Positions 27,401-42,110 of a stretch of DNA of 64,000 nucleotides are shown here, in pieces (the first letter of the stretch is position 1; each line of letters starts with the position of its first letter). The notes under the pieces were generated by a model that was not told where the DNA came from, did no database searches, and saw nothing but the letters and a program-made list of their open reading frames with translations. This DNA comes from Auanema rhodensis (taxonomy: Eukaryota > Animalia > Nematoda), in contig OZ059898.1 in the NCBI GenBank assembly GCA_964057225.1, forward strand, positions 17,732,001-17,796,000, read 5' to 3'. A program made the position numbers and the translations under genes.

Positions 27401-30400
27401 GATCTGTGTTATCAGATTTGCGCTAGCTTAAAAATGCACCGAGATATCAACTGATATAAGTTCACACTTATATCCTCGATTTTCACCCTGAAGAATTAAT
27501 TTTTTCGTTGAATAACATTGTCCATCGTCTTTGCCTTGAAAAAAGGAATCTAAAAACATCTACTTTTTGCTAAATTATTTTGAAATTTTTCGAAAAAATT
27601 TTTGTCAAAATGTTTTTGGAAGCAAGGTTGAGTGTACATGGAAACTCAACATACACTAATGCATTATTTTTCAAACGATCATAACTAATTTTTGTATTAA
27701 GCGTTTCTCAATGTAGTATAGTGCATTCGATGCGGATTTTCAAGCTGCGTCGATCTGTGTTATCAGATTTGCGCTAGCTGAAAAATGCACCGAGATATCA
27801 ACTGATATAAGTTCACACTTATATCCTTGATTTTCACCCTGAAGAATTAATTTTTTCGTTGAATAACATTGTCCATCGTCTTTGCCTTGAAAAAAGGAAT
27901 CTAAAAACATCTACTTTTTGCTAAATTATTTCGAAATTTTTCGAAAAAATTTTTGTCAAAATGTTTTTGGAAGCAATGTTGAGTGTACATGGAAACTCAA
28001 CATACACTAATGCATTATTTTTCAAACGATCATAACTAATTTTTGTATTAAGCGTTTCTCAATGTAGTATAGTGCATTCGATGCGGATTTGTAAGCTGCG
28101 TCGATCTGTGTTATCAGATTTGCGCTAGCTTAAAAATGCACCGAGATATCAACTGATATAAGTTCACACTTATATCCTTGATTTTCACCCTGAAGAATTA
28201 ATTTTTTCGTTGAATAACATTGTCCATCGTCTTTGCCTTGAAAAAAGGAATCTAAAAACATTCACTTTTTGCTAAATTATTTTGAAATTTTTCGAAAAAA
28301 TTTTTGTCAAAATGTTTTTGGAAGCAAGGTTGAGTGTACATGGAAACTCAACATACACTAATGCATTATTTTTCAAACGATCATAACTAATTTTTGTATT
28401 AAGCGTTTCTCAATGTAGTATAGTGCATTCGATGCGGATTTTTAAGCTGCGTCGATCTGTGTTATCAGATTTGCGCTAGCTTAAAAATGCACCGAGATAT
28501 CAACTGATATAAGTTCACACTTATATCCTCGATTTTCACCCTGAAGAATTAATTTTTTCGTTGAATAACATTGTCCATCGTCTTTGCCTCGAAAAACGAA
28601 ATCTGAAAACATTTACTTTTTGCTAAATTATTTTGAAATTTTTCGAAAAAATTTTTGTCAAAATGTTTTTGGAAGCAAGGTTGAGTGTACATGGAAACTC
28701 AACATACACTAATGCATTATTTTTCAAACGATCATAACTAATTTTTGTATTAAGCGTTTCTCAATGTAGTATAGTGCATTCGATGCGGATTTTTAAGCTG
28801 CGTCGATCTGTGTTATCAGATTTGCGCTAGCTTAAAAATGCACCGAGATATCAACTGATATAAGTTCACACTTATATCCTCGCTTTTCACCCTGAAGAAT
28901 TAATTTTTTCGTTGAATAACATTGTCCATCGTTTTTGCCTTGAAAAAAGGAATCTAAAAACAGCTACTTTTTGCTAAATTATTTTGAAATTTTTCGAAAA
29001 AATTTTTGTCAAAATGGTTTTGGAAGCAATGTTGAGTGTACATGGAAACTCAACATACACTAATGCATCATTTTTCAAACGATCATAACTAATTTTTGTA
29101 TTAAGCGTTTTTCAATGTAGTATAGTGCATTCGATGCGAATTTTTAAGCTGCGTCGATCTGTGTTATCAGATTTGCGCTAGCTTAAAAATGCACCGAGAT
29201 ATCAACTGATATAAGTTCACACTTATATCCTCGATTTTCACCCTGAAGAATTAATTTTTTCGTTGAATAACATTGTCCATCGTCTTTGCCTTGAAAAAAG
29301 GAATCTAAAAACATCTACTTTTTGCTAAATTATTTTGAAATTTTTCGAAAAAATTTTTGTCAAAATGGTTTTGGAAGCAATGTTGAGTGTACATGGAAAC
29401 TCAACATACACTAATGCATCATTTTTCAAACGATCATAACTAATTTTTGTATTAAACGTTTCTCAATGTAGTATAGTGCATTCGATGCGGATTTTTAAGC
29501 TGCGTCGATCTGTGTTATCAGATTTGCGCTAGCTTAAAAATGTACCGAGATATCAACTGATATAAGTTCACACTTATATCCTCGATTTTCACCCTGAAGA
29601 ATTAATTTTTTCGTTGAATAACATTGTCCATCGTCTTTGCCTTGAAAAAAGGAATCTAAAAACATCTACTTTTTGCTAAATTATTTTGAAATTTTTCGAA
29701 AAAATTTTTGTCAAAATGTTTTTGGAAGCAAGGTTGAGTGTACATGGAAACTCAACATACACTAATGCATTATTTTTCAAACGATCATAACTAATTTTTG
29801 TATTAAGCGTTTCTCAATGTAGTATAGTGCATTCGATGCGGATTTTTAAGCTGCGTCGATCTGTGTTATCAGATTTGCGGTAGCTTAAAAATGCACCGAG
29901 ATATCAACTGATATAAGTTCACACTTATATCCTCGATTTTCACCCTGAAGAATTAATTTTTTCGTTGAATAACATTGTCCATCGTCTTTGCCTTGAAAAA
30001 AGGAATCTAAAAACATCTACTTTTTGCTAAATTATTTTGAAATTTTTTGAAAAAATTTTTGTCAAAATGTTTTTGGAAGCAAGGTTGAGTGTACATGGAA
30101 ACTCAACATACACTAATGCATTATTTTTCAAACGATCATAACTAATTTTTGTATTAAGCGGTTTTCAATGTAGTATAGTGCATTCGATGCGGATTTTTAA
30201 GCTGCGTCGATCTGTGTTATCAGATTTGCGCTAGCTTAAAAATGCACCGAGATATCAACTGATATAAGTTCACACTTATATCCTCGATTTTCACCCTGAA
30301 GAATTAATTTTTTCGTTGAATAACATTGTCCATCGTCTTTGCCTTGAAAAAAGGAATCTAAAAACATCTACTTTTTGCTAAATTATTTTGAAATTTTTCG

Positions 30401-33400
30401 AAAAAATTTTTGTCAAAATGTTTTTGGAAGCAAGGTTGAGTGTACATGGAAACTCAACATACACTAATGCATTATTTTTCAAACGATCATAACTAATTTT
30501 TGTATTAAGCGTTTTTCAATGTAGTATAGTGCATTCGATGCGGATTTTTAAGCTGCGTCGATCTGTGTTATCAGATTTGCGCTAGCTTAAAAATGCACCG
30601 AGATATCAACTGATATAAGTTCACACTTATATCCTCGATTTTCACCCTGAAGAATTAATTTTTTCGTTGAATAACATTGTCCATCGTCTTTGCCTCGAAA
30701 AACGAAATCTGAAAACATCTACTTTTTGCTAAATTATTTTGAAATTTTTCGAAAAAATTTTTGTCAAAATGTTTTTGGAAGCAATGTTGAGTGTACATGG
30801 AAACTCAACATACACTAATGCATCATTTTTCAAACGATCATAACTAATTTTTGTATCGAAGATTTCTCACTGTAATATAGTGCTTTTGATGCGGATTTTT
30901 AAGCTGCGTCGATCTGTGTTATCAGATTTGCCCTTGCTTAAAAATGCACCGAGAAATCAACTGATATAAGTTCACACTTATATCCTCGATTTTCACCCTG
31001 AAGAATTAATTTTTTCGTTGAATAACATTGTCCATCGTCTTTGCCTTAAAAAAAGAATTCAAAAACATCTACTTTTTGTGCAATTATTCTAAAATTTTTC
31101 GGGAAAATTTTTGTCAAAATGTTTTTGGAAGCAATGTTGAGTGTACATGGAAACTCAAAATACACTAATGCATCATTTTTCAAACGATCATAACTAATTT
31201 TTGTATCAAGCGTTTCTCAATGTAGTATAGTGCATTCGATGCGGATTTTTAAGCTGCGTCGATCTGTGTTATCAGATTTGCGCTAGCTTAAAAATGCACC
31301 GAGATATCAACTGATATAAGTTCACACTTATATCCTCGCTTTTCACCCTGAAGAATTAATTTTTTCGTTGAATAACATTGTCCATCGTTTTTGCCTTGAA
31401 AAAAGGAATCTAAAAACAGCTACTTTTTGCTAAATTATTTTGAAATTTTTCGAAAAAATTTTTGTCAAAATGTTTTTGGAAGCAATGTTGAGTGTACATG
31501 GAAACTCAACATACACTAATGCATCATTTTTCAAACGATCATAACTAATTTTTGTATCGAAGATTTCTCACTGTAGTATAGTGCATTCGATGCGGATTTG
31601 TAAGCTGCGTCGATCTGTGTTATCAGATTTGCGCTAGCTTAAAAATGCACCGAGATATCAACTGATATAAGTTCACACTTATATCCTCGCTTTTCACCCT
31701 GAAGAATTAATTTTTTCGTTGAATAACATTGTCCATCGTTTTTGCCTTGAAAAAAGGAATCTAAAAACAGCTACTTTTTGCTAAATTATTTTGAAATTTT
31801 TCGAAAAAATTTTTGTCAAAATGGTTTTGGAAGCAATGTTGAGTGTACATGGAAACTCAACATACACTAATGCATCATTTTTCAAACGATCATAACTAAT
31901 TTTTGTATTAAGCGTTTTTCAATGTAATATAGTGCATTCGATGCGGATTTTTAAGCTGCGTCGATCTGTGTTATCAGATTTGCGCTAGCTTAAAAATGCA
32001 CCGAGATATCAACTGATATAAGTTCACACTTATATCCTCGATTTTCACCCTGAAGAATTAATTTTTTCGTTGAATAACATTGTCCATCGTCTTTGCCTTG
32101 AAAAAAGGAATCTAAAAACATCTACTTTTTGCTAAATTATTTTGAAATTTTTCGAAAAAATTTTTGTCAAAATGGTTTTGGAAGCAATGTTGAGTGTACA
32201 TGGAAACTCAACATACACTAATGCATCATTTTTCAAACGATCATAACTAATTTTTGTATTAAACGTTTCTCAATGTAGTATAGTGCATTCGATGCGGATT
32301 TTTAAGCTGCGTCGATCTGTGTTATCAGATTTGCGCTAGCTTAAAAATGTACCGAGATATCAACTGATATAAGTTCACACTTATATCCTCGATTTTCACC
32401 CTGAAGAATTAATTTTTTCGTTGAATAACATTGTCCATCGTCTTTGCCTTGAAAAAAGGAATCTAAAAACATCTACTTTTTGCTAAATTATTTTGAAATT
32501 TTTCGAAAAAATTTTTGTCAAAATGGTTTTGGAAGCAATGTTGAGTGTACATGGAAACTCAAAATACACTAATGCATCATTTTTCAAACGATCATAACTA
32601 ATTTTTGTATCAAGCGTTTCTCAATGTAGTATAGTGCATTCGATGCGGATTTTTAAGCTGCGTCGATCTGTGTTATCAGATTTGCGCTAGCTTAAAAATG
32701 CACCGAGATATCAACTGATATAAGTTCACACTTATATCCTCGCTTTTCACCCTGAAGAATTAATTTTTTCGTTGAATAACATTGTCCATCGTTTTTGCCT
32801 TGAAAAAAGGAATCTAAAAACAGCTACTTTTTGCTAAATTATTTTGAAATTTTTCGAAAAAATTTTTGTCAAAATGTTTTTGGAAGCAATGTTGAGTGTA
32901 CATGGAAACTCAACATACACTAATGCATCATTTTTCAAACGATCATAACTAATTTTTGTATCGAAGATTTCTCACTGTAGTATAGTGCATTCGATGCGGA
33001 TTTGTAAGCTGCGTCGATCTGTGTTATCAGATTTGCGCTAGCTTAAAAATGCACCGAGATATCAACTGATATAAGTTCACACTTATATCCTCGCTTTTCA
33101 CCCTGAAGAATTAATTTTTTCGTTGAATAACATTGTCCATCGTTTTTGCCTTGAAAAAAGGAATCTAAAAACAGCTACTTTTTGCTAAATTATTTTGAAA
33201 TTTTTCGAAAAAATTTTTGTCAAAATGGTTTTGGAAGCAATGTTGAGTGTACATGGAAACTCAACATACACTAATGCATCATTTTTCAAACGATCATAAC
33301 TAATTTTTGTATTAAGCGTTTTTCAATGTAATATAGTGCATTCGATGCGGATTTTTAAGCTGCGTCGATCTGTGTTATCAGATTTGCGCTAGCTTAAAAA

Positions 33401-36400
33401 TGCACCGAGATATCAACTGATATAAGTTCACACTTATATCCTCGATTTTCACCCTGAAGAATTAATTTTTTCGTTGAATAACATTGTCCATCGTCTTTGC
33501 CTTGAAAAAAGGAATCTAAAAACATCTACTTTTTGCTAAATTATTTTGAAATTTTTCGAAAAAATTTTTGTCAAAATGGTTTTGGAAGCAATGTTGAGTG
33601 TACATGGAAACTCAACATACACTAATGCATCATTTTTCAAACGATCATAACTAATTTTTGTATTAAACGTTTCTCAATGTAGTATAGTGCATTCGATGCG
33701 GATTTTTAAGCTGCGTCGATCTGTGTTATCAGATTTGCGCTAGCTTAAAAATGTACCGAGATATCAACTGATATAAGTTCACACTTATATCCTCGATTTT
33801 CACCCTGAAGAATTAATTTTTTCGTTGAATAACATTGTCCATCGTCTTTGCCTCGAAAAACGAAATCTGAAAACATCTACTTTTTGCTAAATTATTTTGA
33901 AATTTTTCGAAAAAATTTTTGTCAAAATGTTTTTGGAAGCAAGGTTGAGTGTACATGGAAACTCAACATACACTAATGCATTATTTTTCAAACGATCATA
34001 ACTAATTTTTGTATTAAGCGTTTCTCAATGTAGTATAGTGCATTCGATGCGGATTTTTAAGCTGCGTCGATCTGTGTTATCAGATTTGCGGTAGCTTAAA
34101 AATGCACCGAGATATCAACTGATATAAGTTCACACTTATATCCTCGATTTTCACCCTGAAGAATTAATTTTTTCGTTGAATAACATTGTCCATCGTCTTT
34201 GCCTTGAAAAAAGGAATCTAAAAACATCTACTTTTTGCTAAATTATTTTGAAATTTTTTGAAAAAATTTTTGTCAAAATGTTTTTGGAAGCAAGGTTGAG
34301 TGTACATGGAAACTCAACATACACTAATGCATTATTTTTCAAACGATCATAACTAATTTTTGTATTAAGCGGTTTTCAATGTAGTATAGTGCATTCGATG
34401 CGGATTTTTAAGCTGCGTCGATCTGTGTTATCAGATTTGCGCTAGCTTAAAAATGCACCGAGATATCAACTGATATAAGTTCACACTTATATCCTCGATT
34501 TTCACCCTGAAGAATTAATTTTTTCGTTGAATAACATTGTCCATCGTCTTTGCCTTGAAAAAAGGAATCTAAAAACATCTACTTTTTGCTAAATTATTTT
34601 GAAATTTTTCGAAAAAATTTTTGTCAAAATGTTTTTGGAAGCAAGGTTGAGTGTACATGGAAACTCAACATACACTAATGCATTATTTTTCAAACGATCA
34701 TAACTAATTTTTGTATTAAGCGTTTTTCAATGTAGTATAGTGCATTCGATGCGGATTTTTAAGCTGCGTCGATCTGTGTTATCAGATTTGCGCTAGCTTA
34801 AAAATGCACCGAGATATCAACTGATATAAGTTCACACTTATATCCTCGATTTTCACCCTGAAGAATTAATTTTTTCGTTGAATAACATTGTCCATCGTCT
34901 TTGCCTTGAAAAAAGGAATCTAAAAACATCTACTTTTTGCTAAATTATTTTGAAATTTTTCGAAAAAATTTTTGTCAAAATGTTTTTGGAAGCAAGGTTG
35001 AGTGTACATGGAAACTCAACATACACTAATGCATTATTTTTCAAACGATCATAACTAATTTTTGTATTAAGCGTTTTTCAATGTAGTATAGTGCATTCGA
35101 TGCGGATTTTTAAGCTGCGTCGATCTGTGTTATCAGATTTGCGCTAGCTTAAAAATGCACCGAGATATCAACTGATATAAGTTCACACTTATATCCTCGA
35201 TTTTCACCCTGAAGAATTAATTTTTTCGTTGAATAACATTGTCCATCGTCTTTGCCTCGAAAAACGAAATCTGAAAACATCTACTTTTTGCTAAATTATT
35301 TTGAAATTTTTCGAAAAAATTTTTGTCAAAATGTTTTTGGAAGCAATGTTGAGTGTACATAGAAACTCAACATACACTAATGCATCATTTTTCAAACGAT
35401 CATAACTAATTTTTGTATCGAAGATTTCTCACTGTAATATAGTGCTTTTGATGCGGATTTTTAAGCTGCGTCGATCTGTGTTATCAGATTTGCCCTTGCT
35501 TAAAAATGCACCGAGAAATCAACTGATATAAGTTCACACTTATATCCTCGATTTTCACCCTGAAGAATTAATTTTTTCGTTGAATAACATTGTCCATCGT
35601 CTTTGCCTTAAAAAAAGAATTCAAAAACATCTACTTTTTGTGCAATTATTCTAAAATTTTTCGGGAAAATTTTTGTCAAAATGTTTTTGGAAGCAATGTT
35701 GAGTGTACATGGAAACTCAAAATACACTAATGCATCATTTTTCAAACGATCATAACTAATTTTTGTATCAAGCGTTTCTCAATGTAGTATAGTGCATTCG
35801 ATGCGGATTTTTAAGCTGCGTCGATCTGTGTTATCAGATTTGCGCTAGCTTAAAAATGCACCGAGATATCAACTGATATAAGTTCACACTTATATCCTCG
35901 CTTTTCACCCTGAAGAATTAATTTTTTCGTTGAATAACATTGTCCATCGTTTTTGCCTTGAAAAAAGGAATCTAAAAACAGCTACTTTTTGCTAAATTAT
36001 TTTGAAATTTTTCGAAAAAATTTTTGTCAAAATGTTTTTGGAAGCAATGTTGAGTGTACATGGAAACTCAACATACACTAATGCATCATTTTTCAAACGA
36101 TCATAACTAATTTTTGTATCGAAGATTTCTCACTGTAGTATAGTGCATTCGATGCGGATTTGTAAGCTGCGTCGATCTGTGTTATCAGATTTGCGCTAGC
36201 TTAAAAATGCACCGAGATATCAACTGATATAAGTTCACACTTATATCCTTGATTTTCACCCTGAAGAATTAATTTTTTCGTTGAATAACATTGTCCATCG
36301 TCTTTGCCTTGAAAAAAGGAATCTAAAAACATTTACTTTTTGCTAAATTATTTTGAAATTTTTCGAAAAAATTTTTGTCAAAATGTTTTTGGAAGCAAGG

Positions 36401-39305
36401 TTGAGTGTACATGGAAACTCAACATACACTAATGCATTATTTTTCAAACGATCATAACTAATTCTTGTATTAAGCGTTTCTCAATGTAGTATAGTGCATT
36501 CGATGCGGATTTTTAAGCTGCGTCGATCTGTGTTATCAGATTCGCGCTAGCTTAAAAATGCACCGAGATATCAACTGATATAATTTCACACTTATATCCT
36601 CGATTTTCACCCTGAAGAATTAATTTTTTCGTTGAATAACATTGTCCATCGTCTTTGCCTCGAAAAACGAAATCTGAAAACATCTACTTTTTGCTAAATT
36701 ATTTTGAAATTTTTCGAAAAAGTTTTTGTCAAAATGTTTTTGAAGCAATGTTGAGTGTACATGGAAACTCAACATACACTAATGCATCATTTTTCAAACG
36801 ATCATAACTAATTTTTGTATCGAAGATTTCTCACTGTAATATAGTGCTTTTGATGCGGATTTTTAAGCTGCGTCGATCTGTGTTATCAGATTTGCCCTTG
36901 CTTAAAAATGCACCGAGAAATCAACTGATATAAGTTCACACTTATATCCTTGATTTTCACCCTGAAGAATTAATTTTTTCGTTGAATAACATTGTCCATC
37001 GTCTTTGCTTCGAAAAACGAAATCTGAAAACATCTACTTTTTGCTAAATTATTTTGAAATTTTTCGAAAAAATTTTTGTCAAAATGTTTTTGGAAGCAAT
37101 GTTGAGTGTACATGGAAACTCAACATACACTAATGCATCATTTTTCAAACGATCATAACTAATTTTTGTATAAAGCGTTTCTCAATGTAGTATAGTGCAT
37201 TCGATGCGGATTTGTAAGCTGCGTCGATCTGTGTTATCAGATTTGCGCTAGCTTAAAAATGCACCGAGATATCAACTGATATAAGTTCACACTTATATCC
37301 TTGATTTTCACCCTGAAGAATTAATTTTTTCGTTGAATAACATTGTCCATCGTCTTTGCCTCGAAAAACGAAATCTGAAAACATCTACTTTTTGCTAAAT
37401 TATTTTGAAATTTTTCGAAAAAATTTTTGTCAAAATGTTTTTGGAAGCAATGTTGAGTGTACATGGAAACTCAACATACACTAATGCATCATTTTTCAAA
37501 CGATCATAACTAATTTTTGTATCGAAGATTTCTCACTGTAATATAGTGCTTTTGATGCGGATTTTTAAGCTGCGTCGATCTGTGTTATCAGATTTGCCCT
37601 TGCTTAAAAATGCACCGAGAAATCAACTGATATAAGTTCACACTTATATCCTCGATTTTCACCCTGAAGAATTAATTTTTTCGTTGAATAACATTGTCCA
37701 TCGTCTTTGCCTTAAAAAAAGAATTCAAAAACATCTACTTTTTGTGCAATTATTCTAAAATTTTTCGGGAAAATTTTTGTCAAAATGTTTTTGGAAGCAA
37801 TGTTGAGTGTACATGGAAACTCAAAATACACTAATGCATCATTTTTCAAACGATCATAACTAATTTTTGTATCAAGCGTTTCTCAATGTAGTATAGTGCA
37901 TTCGATGCGGATTTTTAAGCTGCGTCGATCTGTGTTATCAGATTTGCGCTAGCTTAAAAATGCACCGAGATATCAACTGATATAAGTTCACACTTATATC
38001 CTCGCTTTTCACCCTGAAGAATTAATTTTTTCGTTGAATAACATTGTCCATCGTTTTTGCCTTGAAAAAAGGAATCTAAAAACAGCTACTTTTTGCTAAA
38101 TTATTTTGAAATTTTTCGAAAAAATTTTTGTCAAAATGGTTTTGGAAGCAATGTTGAGTGTACATGGAAACTCAACATACACTAATGCATCATTTTTCAA
38201 ACGATCATAACTAATTTTTGTTTTAAGCGTTTCTCAATGTTATATAGTGCATTCGATGCGGATTTTTAAGCTGCGTCGATCTGTGTTATCAGATTTGCGC
38301 TAGCTTAAAAATGCACCGAGATATCAACTGATATAAGTTCACACTTATATCCTCGATTTTCACCCTGAAGAATTAATTTTTTCGTTGAATAACATTGTCC
38401 ATCGTTTTTGCCTTGAAAAAAGGAATCTAAAAACAGCTACTTTTTACTAAATTATTTTGAAATTTTTCGAAAAAATTTTTGTCAAAATGTTTTGGAAGCA
38501 ATGTTGAGTGTACATGGAAACTCAAAATACACTAATGCATCATTTTTCAAACGATCATAACTAATTTTTGTATCAAGCGTTTCTCAATGTAGTATAGTGC
38601 ATTCGATGCGGATTTTTAAGCTGCGTCGATCTGTGTTATCAGATTTGCGCTAGCTTAAAAATGCACCGAGATATCAACTGATATAAGTTCACACTTATAT
38701 CCTCGATTTTCACCCTGAAGAATTAATTTTTTCGTTGAATAACATTGTCCATCGTCTTTGCCTTGAAAAAAGAATTTAAAAACATCTACTTTTTGTGCAA
38801 TTATTCTAAAATTTTTCGGGAAAATTTTTGTCAAAATGTTTTTGAAGCAATGTTGAGTGTACATGGAAACTCAACATACACTAATGCATCCTTTTTCAAA
38901 CGATCATGACTAATTTTTGTATCGAAGATTTCTCACTGTAATATAGTGCTTTTGATGCGGATTTTTAAGCTGCGTCGATCTGTGTTATCAGATTTGCGCT
39001 AGCTTAAAAATGCACCGAGATATCAACTGATATAAGTTCACACTTATATCCTCGATTTTCACCCTGAAGAATTAATTTTTTCGTTGAATAACATTGTCCA
39101 TCGTTTTTGCCTTGAAAAAAGGAATCTAAAAACAGCTACTTTTTACTAAATTATTTTGAAATTTTTCGAAAAAATTTTTGTCAAAATGTTTTGGAAGCAA
39201 TGTTGAGTGTACATGGAAACTCAAAATACACTAATGCATCATTTTTCAAACGATCATAACTAATTTTTGTATCAAGCGTTTCTCAATGTAGTATAGTGCA
39301 TTCGA

Positions 39306-42110
39306 TGCGGATTTTTAAGCTGCGTCGATCTGTGTTATCAGATTTGCGCTAGCTTAAAAATGCACCGAGATATCAACTGATATAAGTTCACACTTATATC
39401 CTCGATTTTCACCCTGAAGAATTACTTTTTTCGTTGAATAACATTGTCCATCGTTTTTGCCTTGAAAAAAGGAATCTAAAAACAGCTACTTTTTACTAAA
39501 TTATTTTGAAATTTTTCGAAAAAATTTTTGTCAAAATGTTTTGGAAGCAATGTTGAGTGTACATGGAAACTCAAAATACACTAATGCATCATTTTTCAAA
39601 CGATCATAACTAATTTTTGTATCAAGCGTTTCTCAATGTAGTATAGTGCATTCGATGCGGATTTGTAAGCTGCGTCGATCTGTGTTATCAGATTTGCGCT
39701 AGCTTAAAAATGCACCGAGATATCAACTGATATAAGTTCACACTTATATCCTTGATTTTCACCCTGAAGAATTAATTTTTTCGTTGAATAACATTGTCCA
39801 TCGTCTTTGCCTTGAAAAAAGGAATCTAAAAACATTTACTTTTTGCTAAATTATTTTGAAATTTTTCGAAAAAATTTTTGTCAAAATGTTTTTGGAAGCA
39901 AGGTTGAGTGTACATGGAAACTCAACATACACTAATGCATTATTTTTCAAACGATCATAACTAATTTTTGTATTAAGCGTTTCTCAATGTAGTATAGTGC
40001 ATTCGATGCGGATTTTTAAGCTGCGTCGATCTGTGTTATCAGATTCGCGCTAGCTTAAAAATGCACCGAGATATCAACTGATATAAGTTCACACTTATAT
40101 CCTCGATTTTCACCCTGAAGAATTAATTTTTTCGTTGAATAACATTGTCCATCGTCTTTGCCTCGAAAAACGAAATCTGAAAACATCTACTTTTTGCTAA
40201 ATTATTTTGAAATTTTTCGAAAAAGTTTTTGTCAAAATGTTTTGGAAGCAATGTTGAGTGTACATGGAAACTCAAAATACACTAATGCATCATTTTTCAA
40301 ACGATCATAACTAATTTTTGTATCAAGCGTTTCTCAATGTAGTATAGTGCATTCGATGCGGATTTTTAAGCTGCGTCGATCTGTGTTATCAGATTTGCGC
40401 TAGCTTAAAAATGCACCGAGATATCAACTGATATAAGTTCACACTTATATCCTCGATTTTCACCCTGAAGAATTACTTTTTTCGTTGAATAACATTGTCC
40501 ATCGTTTTTGCCTTGAAAAAAGGAATCTAAAAACAGCTACTTTTTACTAAATTATTTTGAAATTTTTCGAAAAAATTTTTGTCAAAATGTTTTGGAAGCA
40601 ATGTTGAGTGTACATGGAAACTCAAAATACACTAATGCATCATTTTTCAAACGATCATAACTAATTTTTGTATCAAGCGTTTCTCAATGTAGTATAGTGC
40701 ATTCGATGCGGATTTGTAAGCTGCGTCGATCTGTGTTATCAGATTTGCGCTAGCTTAAAAATGCACCGAGATATCAACTGATATAAGTTCACACTTATAT
40801 CCTTGATTTTCACCCTGAAGAATTAATTTTTTCGTTGAATAACATTGTCCATCGTCTTTGCCTTGAAAAAAGGAATCTAAAAACATTTACTTTTTGCTAA
40901 ATTATTTTGAAATTTTTCGAAAAAATTTTTGTCAAAATGTTTTTGGAAGCAAGGTTGAGTGTACATGGAAACTCAACATACACTAATGCATTATTTTTCA
41001 AACGATCATAACTAATTTTTGTATTAAGCGTTTCTCAATGTAGTATAGTGCATTCGATGCGGATTTTTAAGCTGCGTCGATCTGTGTTATCAGATTCGCG
41101 CTAGCTTAAAAATGCACCGAGATATCAACTGATATAAGTTCACACTTATATCCTCGATTTTCACCCTGAAGAATTAATTTTTTCGTTGAATAACATTGTC
41201 CATCGTCTTTGCCTCGAAAAACGAAATCTGAAAACATCTACTTTTTGCTAAATTATTTTGAAATTTTTCGAAAAAGTTTTTGTCAAAATGTTTTGGAAGC
41301 AATGTTGAGTGTACATGGAAACTCAAAATACACTAATGCATCATTTTTCAAACGATCATAACTAATTTTTGTATCAAGCGTTTCTCAATGTAGTATAGTG
41401 CATTCGATGCGGATTTTTAAGCTGCGTCGATCTGTGTTATCAGATTTGCGCTAGCTTAAAAATGCACCGAGATATCAACTGATATAAGTTCACACTTATA
41501 TCCTCGATTTTCACCCTGAAGAATTACTTTTTTCGTTGAATAACATTGTCCATCGTTTTTGCCTTGAAAAAAGGAATCTAAAAACAGCTACTTTTTACTA
41601 AATTATTTTGAAATTTTTCGAAAAAATTTTTGTCAAAATGTTTTGGAAGCAATGTTGAGTGTACATGGAAACTCAAAATACACTAATGCATCATTTTTCA
41701 AACGATCATAACTAATTTTTGTATCAAGCGTTTCTCAATGTAGTATAGTGCATTCGATGCGGATTTGTAAGCTGCGTCGATCTGTGTTATCAGATTTGCG
41801 CTAGCTTAAAAATGCACCGAGATATCAACTGATATAAGTTCACACTTATATCCTTGATTTTCACCCTGAAGAATTAATTTTTTCGTTGAATAACATTGTC
41901 CATCGTCTTTGCCTTGAAAAAAGGAATCTAAAAACATTTACTTTTTGCTAAATTATTTTGAAATTTTTCGAAAAAATTTTTGTCAAAATGTTTTTGGAAG
42001 CAAGGTTGAGTGTACATGGAAACTCAACATACACTAATGCATTATTTTTCAAACGATCATAACTAATTTTTGTATTAAGCGTTTCTCAATGTAGTATAGT
42101 GCATTCGATG
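39306..42110 (+). repeat. Local 3-mer HOR of satellite A (1051 bp, about 2.7 copies)
   Basis: Marker ATTACTTTTT at 39421, 40472 and 41523 (spacing 1051 = 350+351+350), with a further copy at 44323. Confidence 0.85.
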
